A stretch of DNA of 64,000 nucleotides from Dimorphilus gyrociliatus. Taxonomy: Eukaryota; Animalia; Annelida. The notes under the pieces were generated by a model. It was not told the DNA's origin, searched no databases, and worked only from the letters and a program-made list of their open reading frames with translations. The position numbers were made by a program, and so were the translations under genes. Below, piece after piece: positions 1 through 13,009 of the stretch. The stretch covers positions 2,123,700 to 2,187,699 of the forward strand of contig CAJFCJ010000019.1 in NCBI GenBank assembly GCA_904063045.1. Direction: 5' to 3'. How positions within the stretch are numbered: the stretch's first letter is position 1; the number at the start of each line of letters is the position of its first letter.

Positions 1-541
1 CGTAATTCTCGTATATAATTAAATTCTCTAAATGTTTAAAGATATCATTCCTTGGTAGACCTCTGTTTTTATAATAAAACTCGGTTGATATTAAGCAAAA
101 CATACTTGGAATATCCTTACTTTCCCCTCAGTTCTTCGGGTACATGTTTACTTAGTCTTTCTCTCTTTCGCTCCTCTCTCTCATCCTCCCATTTTCTATT
201 CAAATATTTGACCGGTAAAATTCCATTTAATTAGTTAATAAATGATTATATTACTTGTTAATTCTATCCAATATTTCATTATTTTCATTAACCTTCTCTT
301 CTAAAGTTGCCAGCATAGGATTCATGAAGCTCTTTAATAAAAATAACACACAATAACAAAAAAATTCAAAACAGTTTCAACTCTTTACCTTGTAAAATTT
401 CTTTTCCAAAACATTGTTGAACTCTGTGTCAGGTTTTTTGGAATTCGTCAGCAACGGTGCCTTAGCGTCTTCTACTTTTCCACTACTTTCCTGTTGTTTT
501 GAGGCAGTTTTTTCCAAATTTTTCCCATTTTCTGCGGCCAT
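1..541 (-). CDS. PDXDC1: 5' end of a multi-exon gene running off the window; resembles the N-terminus of pyridoxal-dependent decarboxylase domain-containing protein 1
   Basis: ATG at 541. Hand-splicing of short GT-AG introns gives MAAENGK...FYKSFMNPMLATLEEKVNENNEILDRINKKWEDEREERKRERLSKHVPEELRGKGLPRNDIFKHLENLIIYENY. This resembles the remembered PDXDC1 segment PTLAEMGKNL...IPGPLQGSGQDMVSILQLVQNLM. The catalytic domain is outside the window. Confidence 0.5.
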
Positions 542-1286
542 TTTTACACGCTGGCAGCGTCTAGCAGAATACAATCTAACAAAACTCCTAAAATTAGTTC
601 TATCACTTTACGACACTATTCATTAAGTTTGTTAAATAAGTCTTGATTGGAATAGGTAGTATACAGATCGCTGATTGGTTGGAGTCAACACAAAAATTTC
701 ATTTAAAGCGCAAACATTTTTGCGTTAATGTTATCAAAAGAGAACAATCTATATCAATTCCGAAATCAATTAAATGTATTAAATAATGGTGGGTTTAACC
801 CAAAAATATCAACACATTTACATTCTTAAGTTTCGATGTGAAACAATTAAAATTGTACTATTTATTACTTTGTTTGTTTAATAAGTGCTTTTGAATCTTC
901 TACCCCTGATTATTGAAGTTTTAATAGCAACTTAAACTTAATTCAGTAAAAGAAAAGTCTTTATTCAAACTGAAATTAGATTAATCGACGACCAACAACA
1001 AATTGCAGCGACATCTTTTATTATTGATTAATGGAACTGAATCACCTGAAGACTTTGTTAAGTTTATTGTTTAATCACAGTGTTTCAATCGCATCATCAC
1101 CGTTTAGGGTAATTATCTTAAAATTTTAATTTCCATTTGTTTTTTACATATTGATTTCGTGACTAATCGTAGAGTTTGCGAACTTAAATGTTAAGAATAC
1201 TTGAGCGATAATGTAGTAATGTTAGTCTATAATTTTAGCTTTCAGTATTACTGCTAATATTTGAAATAGTTGGCGGTTATATAAAT

Positions 1287-2522
1287 ATGGAAGACAGTAA
1301 ATCGTCCACTTACACTCCAATGGAAGATGGAGGACCACCATCAAGATGTGGTAGAGAACCGGAAACAGGATCTGAAAAAAAAAGAGACTCTTCAAACGTC
1401 TGCTCGTCAAAACAAACTTATAATTCAAGAGAATTAAACGAAGGAGAAATATCAGCAAAAAAAGCTAAAACAGAAACATCGAATGCTGAAAAAATTTTAG
1501 CAAAAGACTACGGCTATTATTTTAACGACAGTAAGTTAAAACTATTTTACAATTGCATATGCGATATTCATTGGCTTTTTTAGATGGTGAATTAGTTCAT
1601 AATGATACAAAAGATAAGTTCGTTTATGAATTCTATGATCAAAAATCTAAAAATCAAGAAAGATACGAAAATATTGGTGACGTAAGTAATTCCTTAATAA
1701 TATATTTATTAAAAATTATTAAATTTTGATTTAATTGCTAATTAGCTAATAACAGAGATTATTTATGAAAAACTAGAATCCGAGTTCAAATTAAAAAAAT
1801 ATAATATGAAGGGTAGACCATTTCAAAATTCAGACGACAAAGATGGATTCGTATTTGCTACAGATGATTTCAATCAAAAAGATAAGATTTTACTTCTTAT
1901 ACATGGTTCAGGAGTTGTTAGAGCCGGCCAATGGGCAAGACGATTAATTATAAATGAAAGCTTAAAAACTGGAACTCAGTTTGAATATATTAAGAGAGGT
2001 ATAGAGGAAAACTTTGGCGTTATAGTACTTAATACGAATCATAACAAGAATAAACATGGTGAAAAATTCGACTTGTCGGAAACTCCGGAAAGGCATGGTG
2101 AAAATGTTTGGAAATACTTTGTGGAGGATTTGAAAAATACTCAAGTAGCAATAGTGGCTCATAGTTATGGAGGAGTTGTAACTAGCGTAAGATTCTTTTA
2201 ACGTATACCTTTCAATCTTGGTATATTTATCTCTTTCTCTCTATAGGCAATAATGAAAAAATATAAACAATCTTGCGAAGAAAAGGTGTTTGCTGTTGCT
2301 TTCACGGATGCCATAGATTATGGAACTCCTAAGTTTCTTAAACATAAAGTTAAAAATTGGGTTACTTCCAAAGAAAAACTAGGATCGAAATTAACTGAGA
2401 GAAACTCGGAAATTGTTGAAATGTTTTCTGCCGGTACAACGGCACATGAGGAAACATCAGCTTCGGCTTTTGAGGAAGTTTTTAATTTTATATTACATTC
2501 ACTGGCCAATAACGGAAAGTGA
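1287..2522 (+). CDS. FAM172A: FAM172A/ARB2A alpha/beta-hydrolase-fold (Arb2) protein, 4 exons
   Basis: Exons 1287-1530, 1584-1681, 1746-2186, 2247-2522 with GT-AG introns. Contains the diagnostic LLLIHGSGVVRAGQWARRLIINESL and VAHSYGG motifs. Confidence 0.95.
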
Positions 2523-2756
2523 TAATGACAATTTTCAATAGTTGACTTTCTTTATATACATTTTACGTATATTAGATGCGCAAGTCTCATATCCTAATAC
2601 ACTGTATATATATACAGATACATATTAATATCTTGCTTTTGTTGAAAGTCTTAATTTGAAATTTATTCCACTATCATTATCGATTCAAGAAACCTAAACA
2701 AACAAAAATTAAATTATAACCAATATTTCAATAAGGAGAAGAGGGAATTATATATT

Positions 2757-3661
2757 TTAACTCAGCTCCCTTTTCTTATTATCAATTAAAGATTTCCAAT
2801 CATCGGACCAGCTCTCTAATACTGATTTTGCTGAAGTTTTCCTGCCGGGTGCTCTAATTGAGGTATTATGGCATGCTCTAAAGAGAATGTGATCCCAAGG
2901 AGGGGATTTTAAAGCTCCAAATATTCTAGGTTTATCATCAATAAGCAAATTTCCATAGACAACAGTTTTATCTCTTGTTAGTATCAATTTATCAATCCAA
3001 GATCTACCAAAGTACTGTTCAACCCATTGAAACTATAAAAAACAAAATAGTTTTTACGTATGAATGACGTATAACAAAAAAAGTATTAATTTGCCTTTTC
3101 AACAGCGCAATATTTGTATGACCTCATCGGACTCGTGCATAAGAATACACTGACTCTGTTAACAAAATTTTTCTATTATTAATCAAGGATACTAGAAGAA
3201 CATTCAATTTTTTGATAACTTAATAGTATTATTATCTTTATCAGTTGATTGTTTTTTTTTTATAGTATTTATATAAAAAATAAATAAAAGTTGTACCCAT
3301 CCATTCCACTCATTTCCTTAAGACTATCAATTGCTTTGGGAATTGGTGGAATATTCTGAAAAAAACCTTCGGATGAAAAAATTGATTTAGCCTTGTTTCC
3401 ATATTCTTCTCCTAATTCTGAATATTGATCTGTCAGATAGAATTGATTCCTTTTTCCTAGGGCTATATATGGATCTTCGGGGTAAATCTTTTGATAGCAT
3501 TCCAAAAAGTATCCCTCGAAATCGCATATAACGCAATCCATGTCAACAAGAACAACCATATTTGAATTGCGTAGATGTCTCGTTGCCATACTCTTTAAAG
3601 CGCTACAATGAAATTGTCGAAAAATTTTCACTACTAATCCATAATTTCTTAAAAAGCGCAT
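2757..3661 (-). CDS. NT5M: 5'(3')-deoxyribonucleotidase (HAD family) with an N-terminal mitochondrial-presequence-like extension, 3 exons
   Basis: Motifs VLVDMDCVICDFEG, VFLCTSP...YCAVEK|FQWVEQYFG and LTRDKTVVYGNLLIDDKP. The N-terminus is Arg-rich and acid-poor. The second intron (3094-3033) is GC-AG. Confidence 0.92.
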
Positions 3662-4235
3662 AGCTGAAAATTGGATAATTCTTAATAGTTTGGTAAAAAC
3701 AATATACTAGGCAAACACCAATTTCTCTTATTTTTTCATTTAATGTTTTGTATCCTCGAAGGGTCTAAATGCGTAGCAAAAGATTAAGATAACAGGGCGT
3801 TGCAACTTACACAATAATGACAACTTATGGGTTTCGAAGTAGTGTATTAACAACACTTCATAAATAAAATCCTTCAGTTCAAAATTTTAATTTGCTACAG
3901 AAATCGGCAAAAACTGATGTGAAAAGGAATGGTCTTAGTGGTCACTAACCTAAGTATTCGTTTCCTATGGACTACGCATTATGTTAGAACAAATTTCCCC
4001 AAGAGCGAAAATACAAATAGCGCTTGTCTCACTTTTAATTATTGATTATCAATAAGTTTCAGTTTATGCATGTCTTGAAAGAGCAAACGATTTTGTCGAC
4101 GGTCCTTAATTCTAACATAGAAATGAATGCTGAAACTATTTAAATATGATAAGTTTGCAGAAACTTCACCGACAAAGTTTATTAATTGCATGTAATTCAC
4201 TGAGATTGCATAATTTTAAAGTTACTTTTCAAAAT

Positions 4236-5457
4236 TTAATAGCCAAGCTGACATAATGTTGTTCTCTCTACGGGTGGGGGCAGAGCACTATCCTCCTCTT
4301 GTTTAAGCTTTGCTAATTGTTCCTCATATTGAGTAAAAATTTTATCTTCGTATAAAATCAACGCATCAATATAGACTTTCAAAGGTTCCGCCCATGGACT
4401 ACATGCTCTTAAATCTGCTCTAGCCTCCCTTAAAGGTATCATTCTTTCTTTCATTATACACGCTAGACAGAATGCCGACGATCTACTCATTCCTTTATCC
4501 GAAAATACCAAAACTCTCCCGCCTAAATACTTGTGGCTCTGAATAAAGTTAGTAACATCGTCAAAATACGGATTTATATCTGAGGAATTTTCATCATTGA
4601 CGTAAACTTGAACTAAATTTTTACCCACATCGCAGAAACTATTCAATGAAATGGTTTTATAAATATATGCTTTCTTATATAGTAACCTATTCAATTATAC
4701 TAACAAAGTTCCAGGAGTTTGTGTACAGTTTACATGTCCAGTTATTTTTAAGTCTTTTTGAATGTAAGCTGCATTAGCTTGACGCCAATCACCGAGATAA
4801 AGGAGGTTTGGTATAACTTCTATTGGATAGGTTTTAAATTCATCCAATTCCTTAGGTGTCCACAAAATCTTTTGCGTTCTCATAAAAGGGTATAAAGCGG
4901 AAAAATGCTCGTAACCACCCTTCAGAATTAAAACTGTAAATCTACTGCCCATTAGCCATATTCTTTGACTGCAAGTGATGGCGTCTCCTATAGGGGTTTA
5001 CATAAAAAAATTAATAAGCAAATACAAAATAAATGAAATATTGATATTTGCAATTTTTAGAACAGTACCATTGTCTCTTATAGATGCAGTATTATTATCG
5101 TAAATAATTATTGTCTGTTTACATTCCAATTCCGCTTCTTCTGGAACTATATATTCGTTATGTTCATTCTATTGGGTGTTTTTTTTTTCCAAAGTGAAAA
5201 ATTGGCTTAAAAAATTAATTACAAAGATAACTCACCATTTTACAATTTTTCGCCATTAATATATGACTTTCATTAAAGTCATGCTCGCTTCTTGAATCTA
5301 AAATTATAAAGATCTTTAACGAAAAAAAGAGGATAATTGAAACCCGGTTCATACCTAATAAAAGTACATAATTAGGATCGCTAATTGCTGGATATTGGCC
5401 TTTCCTATTTATTAAATTGTAAAGTTCAGTTGGAAGTATAAAGTCAATTGGTTTCAT
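4236..5457 (-). CDS. STYXL1: STYXL1/MK-STYX rhodanese + dual-specificity pseudophosphatase, multi-exon
   Basis: Motifs PTELYNLIN, DPNYVLLLDSR, ILKGGYEHFSALYPFMRTQKILWTPKELDEFKTYPIEVIP. The active-site loop VFSDKGMSRS has Ser in place of the catalytic Cys. The start at 5457 is assumed. Confidence 0.92.
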
Positions 5458-6299
5458 GATGTTAGCAAACGTTTCTCTCTTATTCGCAAATAATAAAGGA
5501 GGTGGACGATTTGTTTGTATTGACAGTGCGTATCCATAGCAACAGCCAAGAAGAGAAAGATCTATTGAAATCGAAAATAAAGAAACAAATTGATTCAAAT
5601 ACGCTATAATTTAAAATTTACACGAAAAAAATGGATTTCTTTAAGTGGAAAAATAAGAGAAATTTTAGGGAAGGTTACGGGGAAAGGAGGTGATATTAAC
5701 TGTTTAAAATGCTGAAAACGGAACTATTCTAATGTAAAAAACCCATTTAAAGAGGATATGAGAATTTTTTGATAATTATACAACAAACAGAATATTCATT
5801 TTATAAATAATATACTGTATACCTAATATATAGACTTATTTAAAAGACGGTGCTTTTACAAATCATCATAAGAGAGAGAGAGGAGCAAAGCTAACAATTA
5901 AAGACAAGCTTAAAAATCAATAAATTATTATTTGTTACAATAAAATATATATATATAGTATTTATATCTTAATACTTTTATTTTAGCAATTGTTTTTGTT
6001 TCGTAAGAGATAACTTAAGTTTTAATGTAAATATCATGAGAAATTAAAGATATATATATATATATTCGGTTAATTTTCTCATAGATGATAAAGCTTTTTT
6101 TATCATTTTTTTAATTGGTAACAAGAGGGAATTGACCTAAGTTGAACGTTTTGTATCAAACATGTAGTTTCATAGGCTTAGTATTTTGAATACGAAGATG
6201 CGCTTTCTCATTGATAACCTTCACCTTGTTTGGACAGCAGACGACTGTCGAAGGTGATTAAAATCGTCTTCGCTAAATTCCTTGCATTCTTGATACTAA

Positions 6300-9200
6300 A
6301 TGGTAAGAATTACTAATCATCAAGCTATTATTTACCAAAAATTAAGTTTACGTAGGCTAGTTATGATTAAATGATGCATTTCGTATATTTCTTACTAAAA
6401 TCCTAATTATTTTTCAGGATCCAACTAATTATAAAGGCTTTAAAAGTAAAGATGCTCTGAATATTTTAAAAAGCGAATTAGAAGATGAACTTAGGGAACA
6501 TATAGCAGCTAATAAACCGAAAAAATCGTCTCTTCCTTGCGTCTCTTTTTTAAGATTAAAAGACGTTCAGTCTCAGCTAAGTTGGGTTGGCGTATCTTAT
6601 ATCATTATCGGCTGTGCACTTCTGATAATTGCTTATCTTTGCCAGATCCATCCGTAAGATATAGTAAAATTAATAAAAGTTTAATATTATTAATGAATTT
6701 TTATGCATTATTTGTGCTTTCAGCAATAATTGGATAATTGGACAAGTTTTTGTTCTTGTCTTATGTTTACTAGTCAATTTTTTTATTGCAAGTTGGATTC
6801 ATTTAGAAAAGAGGAATGAATTAGTAAGAAGAGTGCGTAATGCTATTAGTTCCGTAGAAGGTAACAGACAAATGATACAATTATTAAATATACTGTATCA
6901 CCTCTATTTCATTCGCTAACAAATACAATTCTTAAAATTAATTATAATCTTTAGAATGTGCCCAAAATTCTAATTGGACCTATTCAGACTACATCGACTT
7001 GAACTGTCCCTTATCACCTTGTGTTAGTTTACAGTGGACGATAAGGGATGATGAATTAGTTAATCTACCAGTCACGTTACTAGTTGAAGGAGATACAATC
7101 CTTCTTCGGCCTGGTCAGCATGTTCCTGGCGCATGTCAGATATTGGAGGTAGAAAATTTAATATATATGCAAAAGCGTACACATGTATTGACAACTTAAT
7201 TAATTACCTAATTAAGTTTTCTAAAATTAAGCCTTTTCTTTTTCTTTTGCAAAACCAAGCTATTATTCTATTCTTTTCAGTCAAAGAATAATTACGCTAC
7301 AGAACTTCGTGCAGGAGACATTTTTTCACCTAAAATTCTATCGGAAGACGTTCAACAACCTACCTGTAGAGAATCCTTAAAACCAGTTTATTACATGATG
7401 AAAGAAACTCCATTCTGTTCAACTTTAAAGCAAATATTAAATAATAATTCAAAAAGATTGCCGAGTGTCTTGGAGAAGGAGTTGAATTGGTGCTATTCAA
7501 GATGCGTTGAATTTATTTTAATACCAGGAATGTTTGTAAGTTTAAAGAGAAATTGTAATAGCATTTATTGTCTTTTTTTATATTGTCTCTTTTTATTCTA
7601 TTTGGACTAGTTGGTTACCGGTTTAATAGGAGTCTTTAGATATTGTCTTAACGGTGAAGAAGGTGGCTATTGGACAGACGTATTTTTAGTTATACCAGTA
7701 ATTATTATAGAATTGCTAATGAAAATGTTTAATTTACATAAATTTACATAAATTCCTAATATTTTTAGATTAATTGCGTATTACCATTCTTCTGTTTAAT
7801 CTTGCCATCATTATGGATATTTTTATATTGTTTTGGTATTGTACTAATACTTGCTCGTTTCGAGTATAGCATCAAAGTAAGTTAATTCGTTTATTTAATA
7901 GAATAATTAATTAATTAATATATTATACAGGGAAACGATACGAATAGCCTTAAAATTGGTGATTTGTTGAAGAACACTTGTAATTTTATATTAGGAAAGC
8001 ATAATAATCTATGTTGGACTAGCAATGTTTGTCACGCTCTTGGTCATCTTACAGTTCGTATTCTATTTCCCAAGAAAATGCATCACATTAATAATTTTCT
8101 TTCCTATCTGAAAATATCTTCTTAAATAATATAGTCTCTATGCTGCGTTGACAAAAAAGGAATTCTATCCTGGCCGAATCCAACAGCGGAGAAAATTTTC
8201 TTCCTCAGGAATGAAAAAGCACCAAAAACTCGTCAAAATTATCATTCAGACACCGAAGTAAATAATACTACCAACAATCCACTTATAGTGGTATCGGAAG
8301 GCGAAGAAGAAAAGGCTTATGCTGATGGCGGTATATTTGCATAATTATATAATGTTTAATGTAATTTAGCTCTCTCTTTCTTTCCCTTTTAGTCGATTAT
8401 GAATTTGAAAGTCGTTTTGAGGTATTAGATTTAACTCAGGATCCAACTGTAAGATTATAGTTGTTAATTGAAAATTAAACATTTATTCTCTTATTTCTCT
8501 TACTGAAATAGAATGAAAATAGTCTAGCATTTGACGATCCCAAGTGGAAATTTTACATTAATTCATTAAAACCATTGGTATGTATAATAAGATATAATTT
8601 TTCGATCATAGATAGATTCATCTTTTATCTAATAGTATCATCATTATTTATAGGGTTTAAATATTCTTTTAAATTCCTGTAATGATAATACCGTCCAAGA
8701 ATATACCAGATTCGCTGATCATACAACCTGCACATCAATGAAGCGTGAGGAGATGATTCCAGTTCTTAATAGGCGGTACGTAAAGCGTAAAAACTAATTT
8801 TAGACAATATAATTAGATGTAGTAGTCGAACAGTCTTAGAGTCATCGAACTGCTAGCTACGGTTAGGAAAAGGTATAGTTATTGATAAATAAATAAACAA
8901 AAATACACCAATAAATAAATTTTATATTATAAACAAATATGAATAAATAGAGGCCATAACTAATCGCGATAAATGAATAAAAAAAAAAAGAAAAGAAAAT
9001 CTTTTTTCTTAATTGTGCCGAGTGCTGTGATTAATTTTCATTATTAGCTACTAGTATTTACTATTTGCTATTATCAACAAGATATGGATTATCCTTATCC
9101 TTATCAATATAATCCAATATATATATATATATATATAAATATAAATATATATTAGAGCTTTATATAATTTTTTATATGATTTTTGTTTTTCCTATTTGAA

Positions 9201-11755
9201 TCAATCCTTATTTTCTATCAATTTATTCAAATAATATATATTTACCATAATTAATTAGTTAATTTATTTATTTATTCGATTAATTTTCTCAATGTTTTTT
9301 TTTTTTGGTGTTTTTAATTTTGTTCTAATTAGAACAAAAAATTTATTTTCTCTAATGATTTTTCGTTCTTTTTTTTAATAAAAAAAAATATATAGATGCT
9401 TCTGCGAATTGGCCCGACAAATTGGATTTCGTGATGGAGCAACAAAAAATTTTCGTACAATAAATTCATTTGCTATGTATAGGAATTCTGTACGGTTTTT
9501 CACATATATATATATATATATTTATTATTATTCAATGATTTTACATTCTAAAACAAACTGCAGGCTACAGATTCCGGTTTCCGAGATATTAATCAACGTT
9601 CAAGAAGTATTATTCAATATAAAATGCCGACTCCTAATATCTTTTCGGTTTTGGCTGAGGATGAACAACTTCAAATTAATCAGTTAATGTCACATGGTAC
9701 AGCTGATTTATTATTAGACACCTGTACTGACTTCTGGGATGGAGAGGATGTTGGAATCCTCAGCGAAAGTGACCGTAACAAGATTCTGGATTTTTATCAA
9801 AGAACTTCAATGAGTGCCTATTGCACTGCTTTTGCTTATCGACCCTTATCAGTCAAACATGATTCTGAGAAGAGAGACATTTATATTGAAATACCTGAGG
9901 GTATCTCAATTCACGATCACGACACACTTTCTTTGAAGAGTTCTTTATCAATTTGCGATGATGTAGATAACAAATATGGCTTACAAAGCCATCAGGTTTT
10001 TATTGGAATGATTACGATGCAATACCAAGCCCAACAAGATGTCGTTGGCCTTATAGAAGATCTAGAAAAAGCATGTATTAGATTCGTCCATTTCTCGAAA
10101 GAAAATGAGCTTCGTAGTCGTGTATTTAGTGAGAAAATGGGCCTAGAAGCCGGTTGGAATTGCCATATATCGCTTGAGAATAATCCAGATAATAATTTTG
10201 AGAGTTTCGAATTATTGGCGGAAGAGACCCAAAATCGAACTAGTATTGATGAGAAATTTGACGAGGATTATGGATTGATGAATCGAGCTAAATTACCAAG
10301 AGGTATTAAGAATGTAAGACCTCATTTAAAGAAGGTTGATAATGTTCCTTTACTCGTTTCCCTGTTCACCGATTGCACTCCTGATACTATTAAAGAGATG
10401 ATTGAAATTCTTCAAGAGAACAATGACGTTGCAGTGTGTATGGGTAGTTCCGTTTCATCTCACAATTCAAGCTGCTTCCTTCAATCCGACGCTAGTATTG
10501 CTATTGAACCATTGTACCCTTCCGTTTGTTTGCAAAAGAATGAAAATAATAAGACTTTGCGACCCCAAAAGCTACAAGCACTACTCAACTCATTACCTTG
10601 CGTTTTATCGTGCCATCGTTCTGATAAATTTGACATCATTAAGTTGATTGCGCTATCTAGGCACTGGTGTGAGATGACTAGACGAACTCTGCAATTCTTC
10701 TTTGCCAGCTATGCAGCCTTAGCGCTTTTACAGTTTTTGGCAGCAGTACTATGGTTACCACCTATTCTAGGCTTAGATCATGTACTTTGGATTACCTTCC
10801 TTGTTATTCCTATCATGTCTGTATCCGGTATTCGTATAAATTATGATAAAGATTACGAGCACCGAGCACTTGGAAAGCGATATAAAAATTTGATAAACTT
10901 CTTCTATTCAGCTTGGTTAGTTGGTGTAAGATTCCTGCCGATTCTTATCATATGTTTGATATGCCATGGTATGAATTTATATAGTTTTTGCAAGCAAATT
11001 CATCAGGTCCTACATAATACGAATCAAACCAATTATACTCACAACTGTCACATAATTCTTGGTAACAAAGACTACAGTGTTCAATATTCCTATAATGGAT
11101 GGTTGACAGGTTGGTAATAGCTTTTTTATGGAATATATTTGAATGTATAGTTGGGAAAAGATTTCATTAATCACTTATCCTTTCTTTCTTTTTTCTTGTA
11201 CAGATTTCCGAAAGCAGTTTATTTTGTGTCATAATTTCACAGCTTTTATATTCGTGTTAAATCTAGTGGTCACATCAGCTAGTTTTATGTATAAACTTCA
11301 ATATGTATGGAAAAAAGTACCGTTTATTAGCCCGCTTTGGTTAATTATTTCACTTCCTACGTAAGAATATTTATTTCAATCATCAAATTTTCATAAAAAA
11401 TTGGTTTCTATTAATTATTTATGTTTGCCCTTTATTCTTTTCAGATTATTGTTCCAACTTCTTTATTCTTTTATTGATATCACAATCAATAGTGATCAGT
11501 CCATTGTTGGCTCTCAAGTAAAACATATATCAACAGTATCATGGTGCTTAGCCGCAGCTTCCCCTCTCATTCAATTAATCGTCTGTGAGATTGTAAAATG
11601 GCAGGAAATAAGGTATGATTGTAGAAAATAAGATAAGCCTTTGATAAAATATGTCTAAATCTTATCAATTGAAATATTACAGATGGAATAAGCGATACGA
11701 AAGAAGAGTCAGATTAGACTTTGGAACAAAGTTGGGAATGAATTCACCTTTTTAA
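6300..11755 (+). CDS. TMEM94: TMEM94 (P-type ATPase-like ER membrane protein), many small exons
   Basis: ATG 6300-6302 is spliced to 6418 (M|DPTNYKGF). Motifs RDDELVNLPVTLLVEGD, CVDKKGILSWPNP, VFIGMITMQYQA, RFVHFSKENELRSRVFSEKMGLEAGWNCHISL and the C-terminal DFGTKLGMNSPF*. Confidence 0.95.
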
Positions 11756-12078
11756 CTACAATTGTTGCAATAAATTAAAACACTGATTTACACCTTTAGA
11801 GAATAAATTTATATTTGTTGTTAAATTACTCATTAATTATTTCGTAATTAGCTGAAATTATTCTTAATTAAAATTTCCCGAGCAATCTCTGCAAATGGCG
11901 CGCCTTTACAAGAGTTACTTTCGTACTTTTTTTATAGAACGCCTATGTAAAAAGCAAAAAATTAATTGTATTTTATTAAAAACACTACAAATGTATTCTG
12001 TAAAAAAAATAATTTCTGCTTTCTTTTATTTTTACAACCAAATGTGCCGGAAGTAAAGGAAAGGATTACAAACAAAAA

Positions 12079-12826
12079 ATGGCGACCAGTCAGCCGACGA
12101 TGAAAAATGGTAACGAGGACCGTAAAAGTAAATGGGTAAAGTTAAATGTCGGTGGGACATTATTTACTACGACAAGGACAACCCTTTTTAAAGATCCTAA
12201 GTCGTTTTTATATAGACTTTGTCAGGAAAATTCAGATTTAGATTCAGATAAGGTTGGCGCAAATTCATAGTCGAACATTTTGTACGGAAACGCCCTTTTT
12301 TGCAGGATGAAAACGGTGCTTATTTAATTGATCGAGATCCCATGTATTTCGCTCCAGTTTTGAATTATTTACGGCATGGAAATTTGGTAATTAATAAAGA
12401 TTTAGCAGAAGAAGGGGTCCTTGAAGAAGCAGAATTTTATAATATTGCAGAACTAATTAAAATTTGTAAAGAACGCATTCGCGAAAGAGATGCAACAGTG
12501 AATAAAACGCACGTTAAACATGTATATAGAGTACTACAGTTTTCAGAAGAAGAATTAACTCAAATGGTGTCAAGTTTATCGGATGGATGGAAATACGAAC
12601 AGGTTGGCTATTTTTTTTCAAAATAATGAAACAATTAACAAACTATTGATTTCCCTTTCTACTCGTTTAGATAATTAATATTGGTTCTAATTATAATTAT
12701 GGTGGTGATGACCATGCCGAATTTCTCTGTGTTGTCTCCAAAGAATATCCAAATTTAGAGAATGGTGTGGAAAATGAAACTAGCGATAAGGCAAAAGTTC
12801 TTCAGCAAAAAGGCTCTAGAATGTAA
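12079..12826 (+). CDS. KCTD5: KCTD5/2/17-type BTB (T1) domain protein, 3 exons
   Basis: Exons 12079-12252, 12306-12602, 12671-12826. Motifs [22 protein letters not shown]|[50 protein letters not shown]. Confidence 0.92.
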
Positions 12827-13009
12827 AAGATAGAATTGTGCCAGTCAAGCGAATCTGTGAATTATTTACTGCCACACTTTTACCCACCAGATATTTTTCA
12901 TACAAACAATTTGTGGTTTTTTTTATAAAAAGGGAAATTTTTTTTATACAATAGTCAGAAAGAAAAAAATGAGTACATGAATGTACTTGGTCAGTAACAG
13001 GAAAAGAAA

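Noticed and set aside
3840-3950. Small hairpins (TTAGTG-GT-CACTAA; GAAGT...ACTTC) between NT5M and STYXL1
   Set aside because: Too short to be distinguished from chance in AT-rich DNA, and no ncRNA boxes are recognisable.
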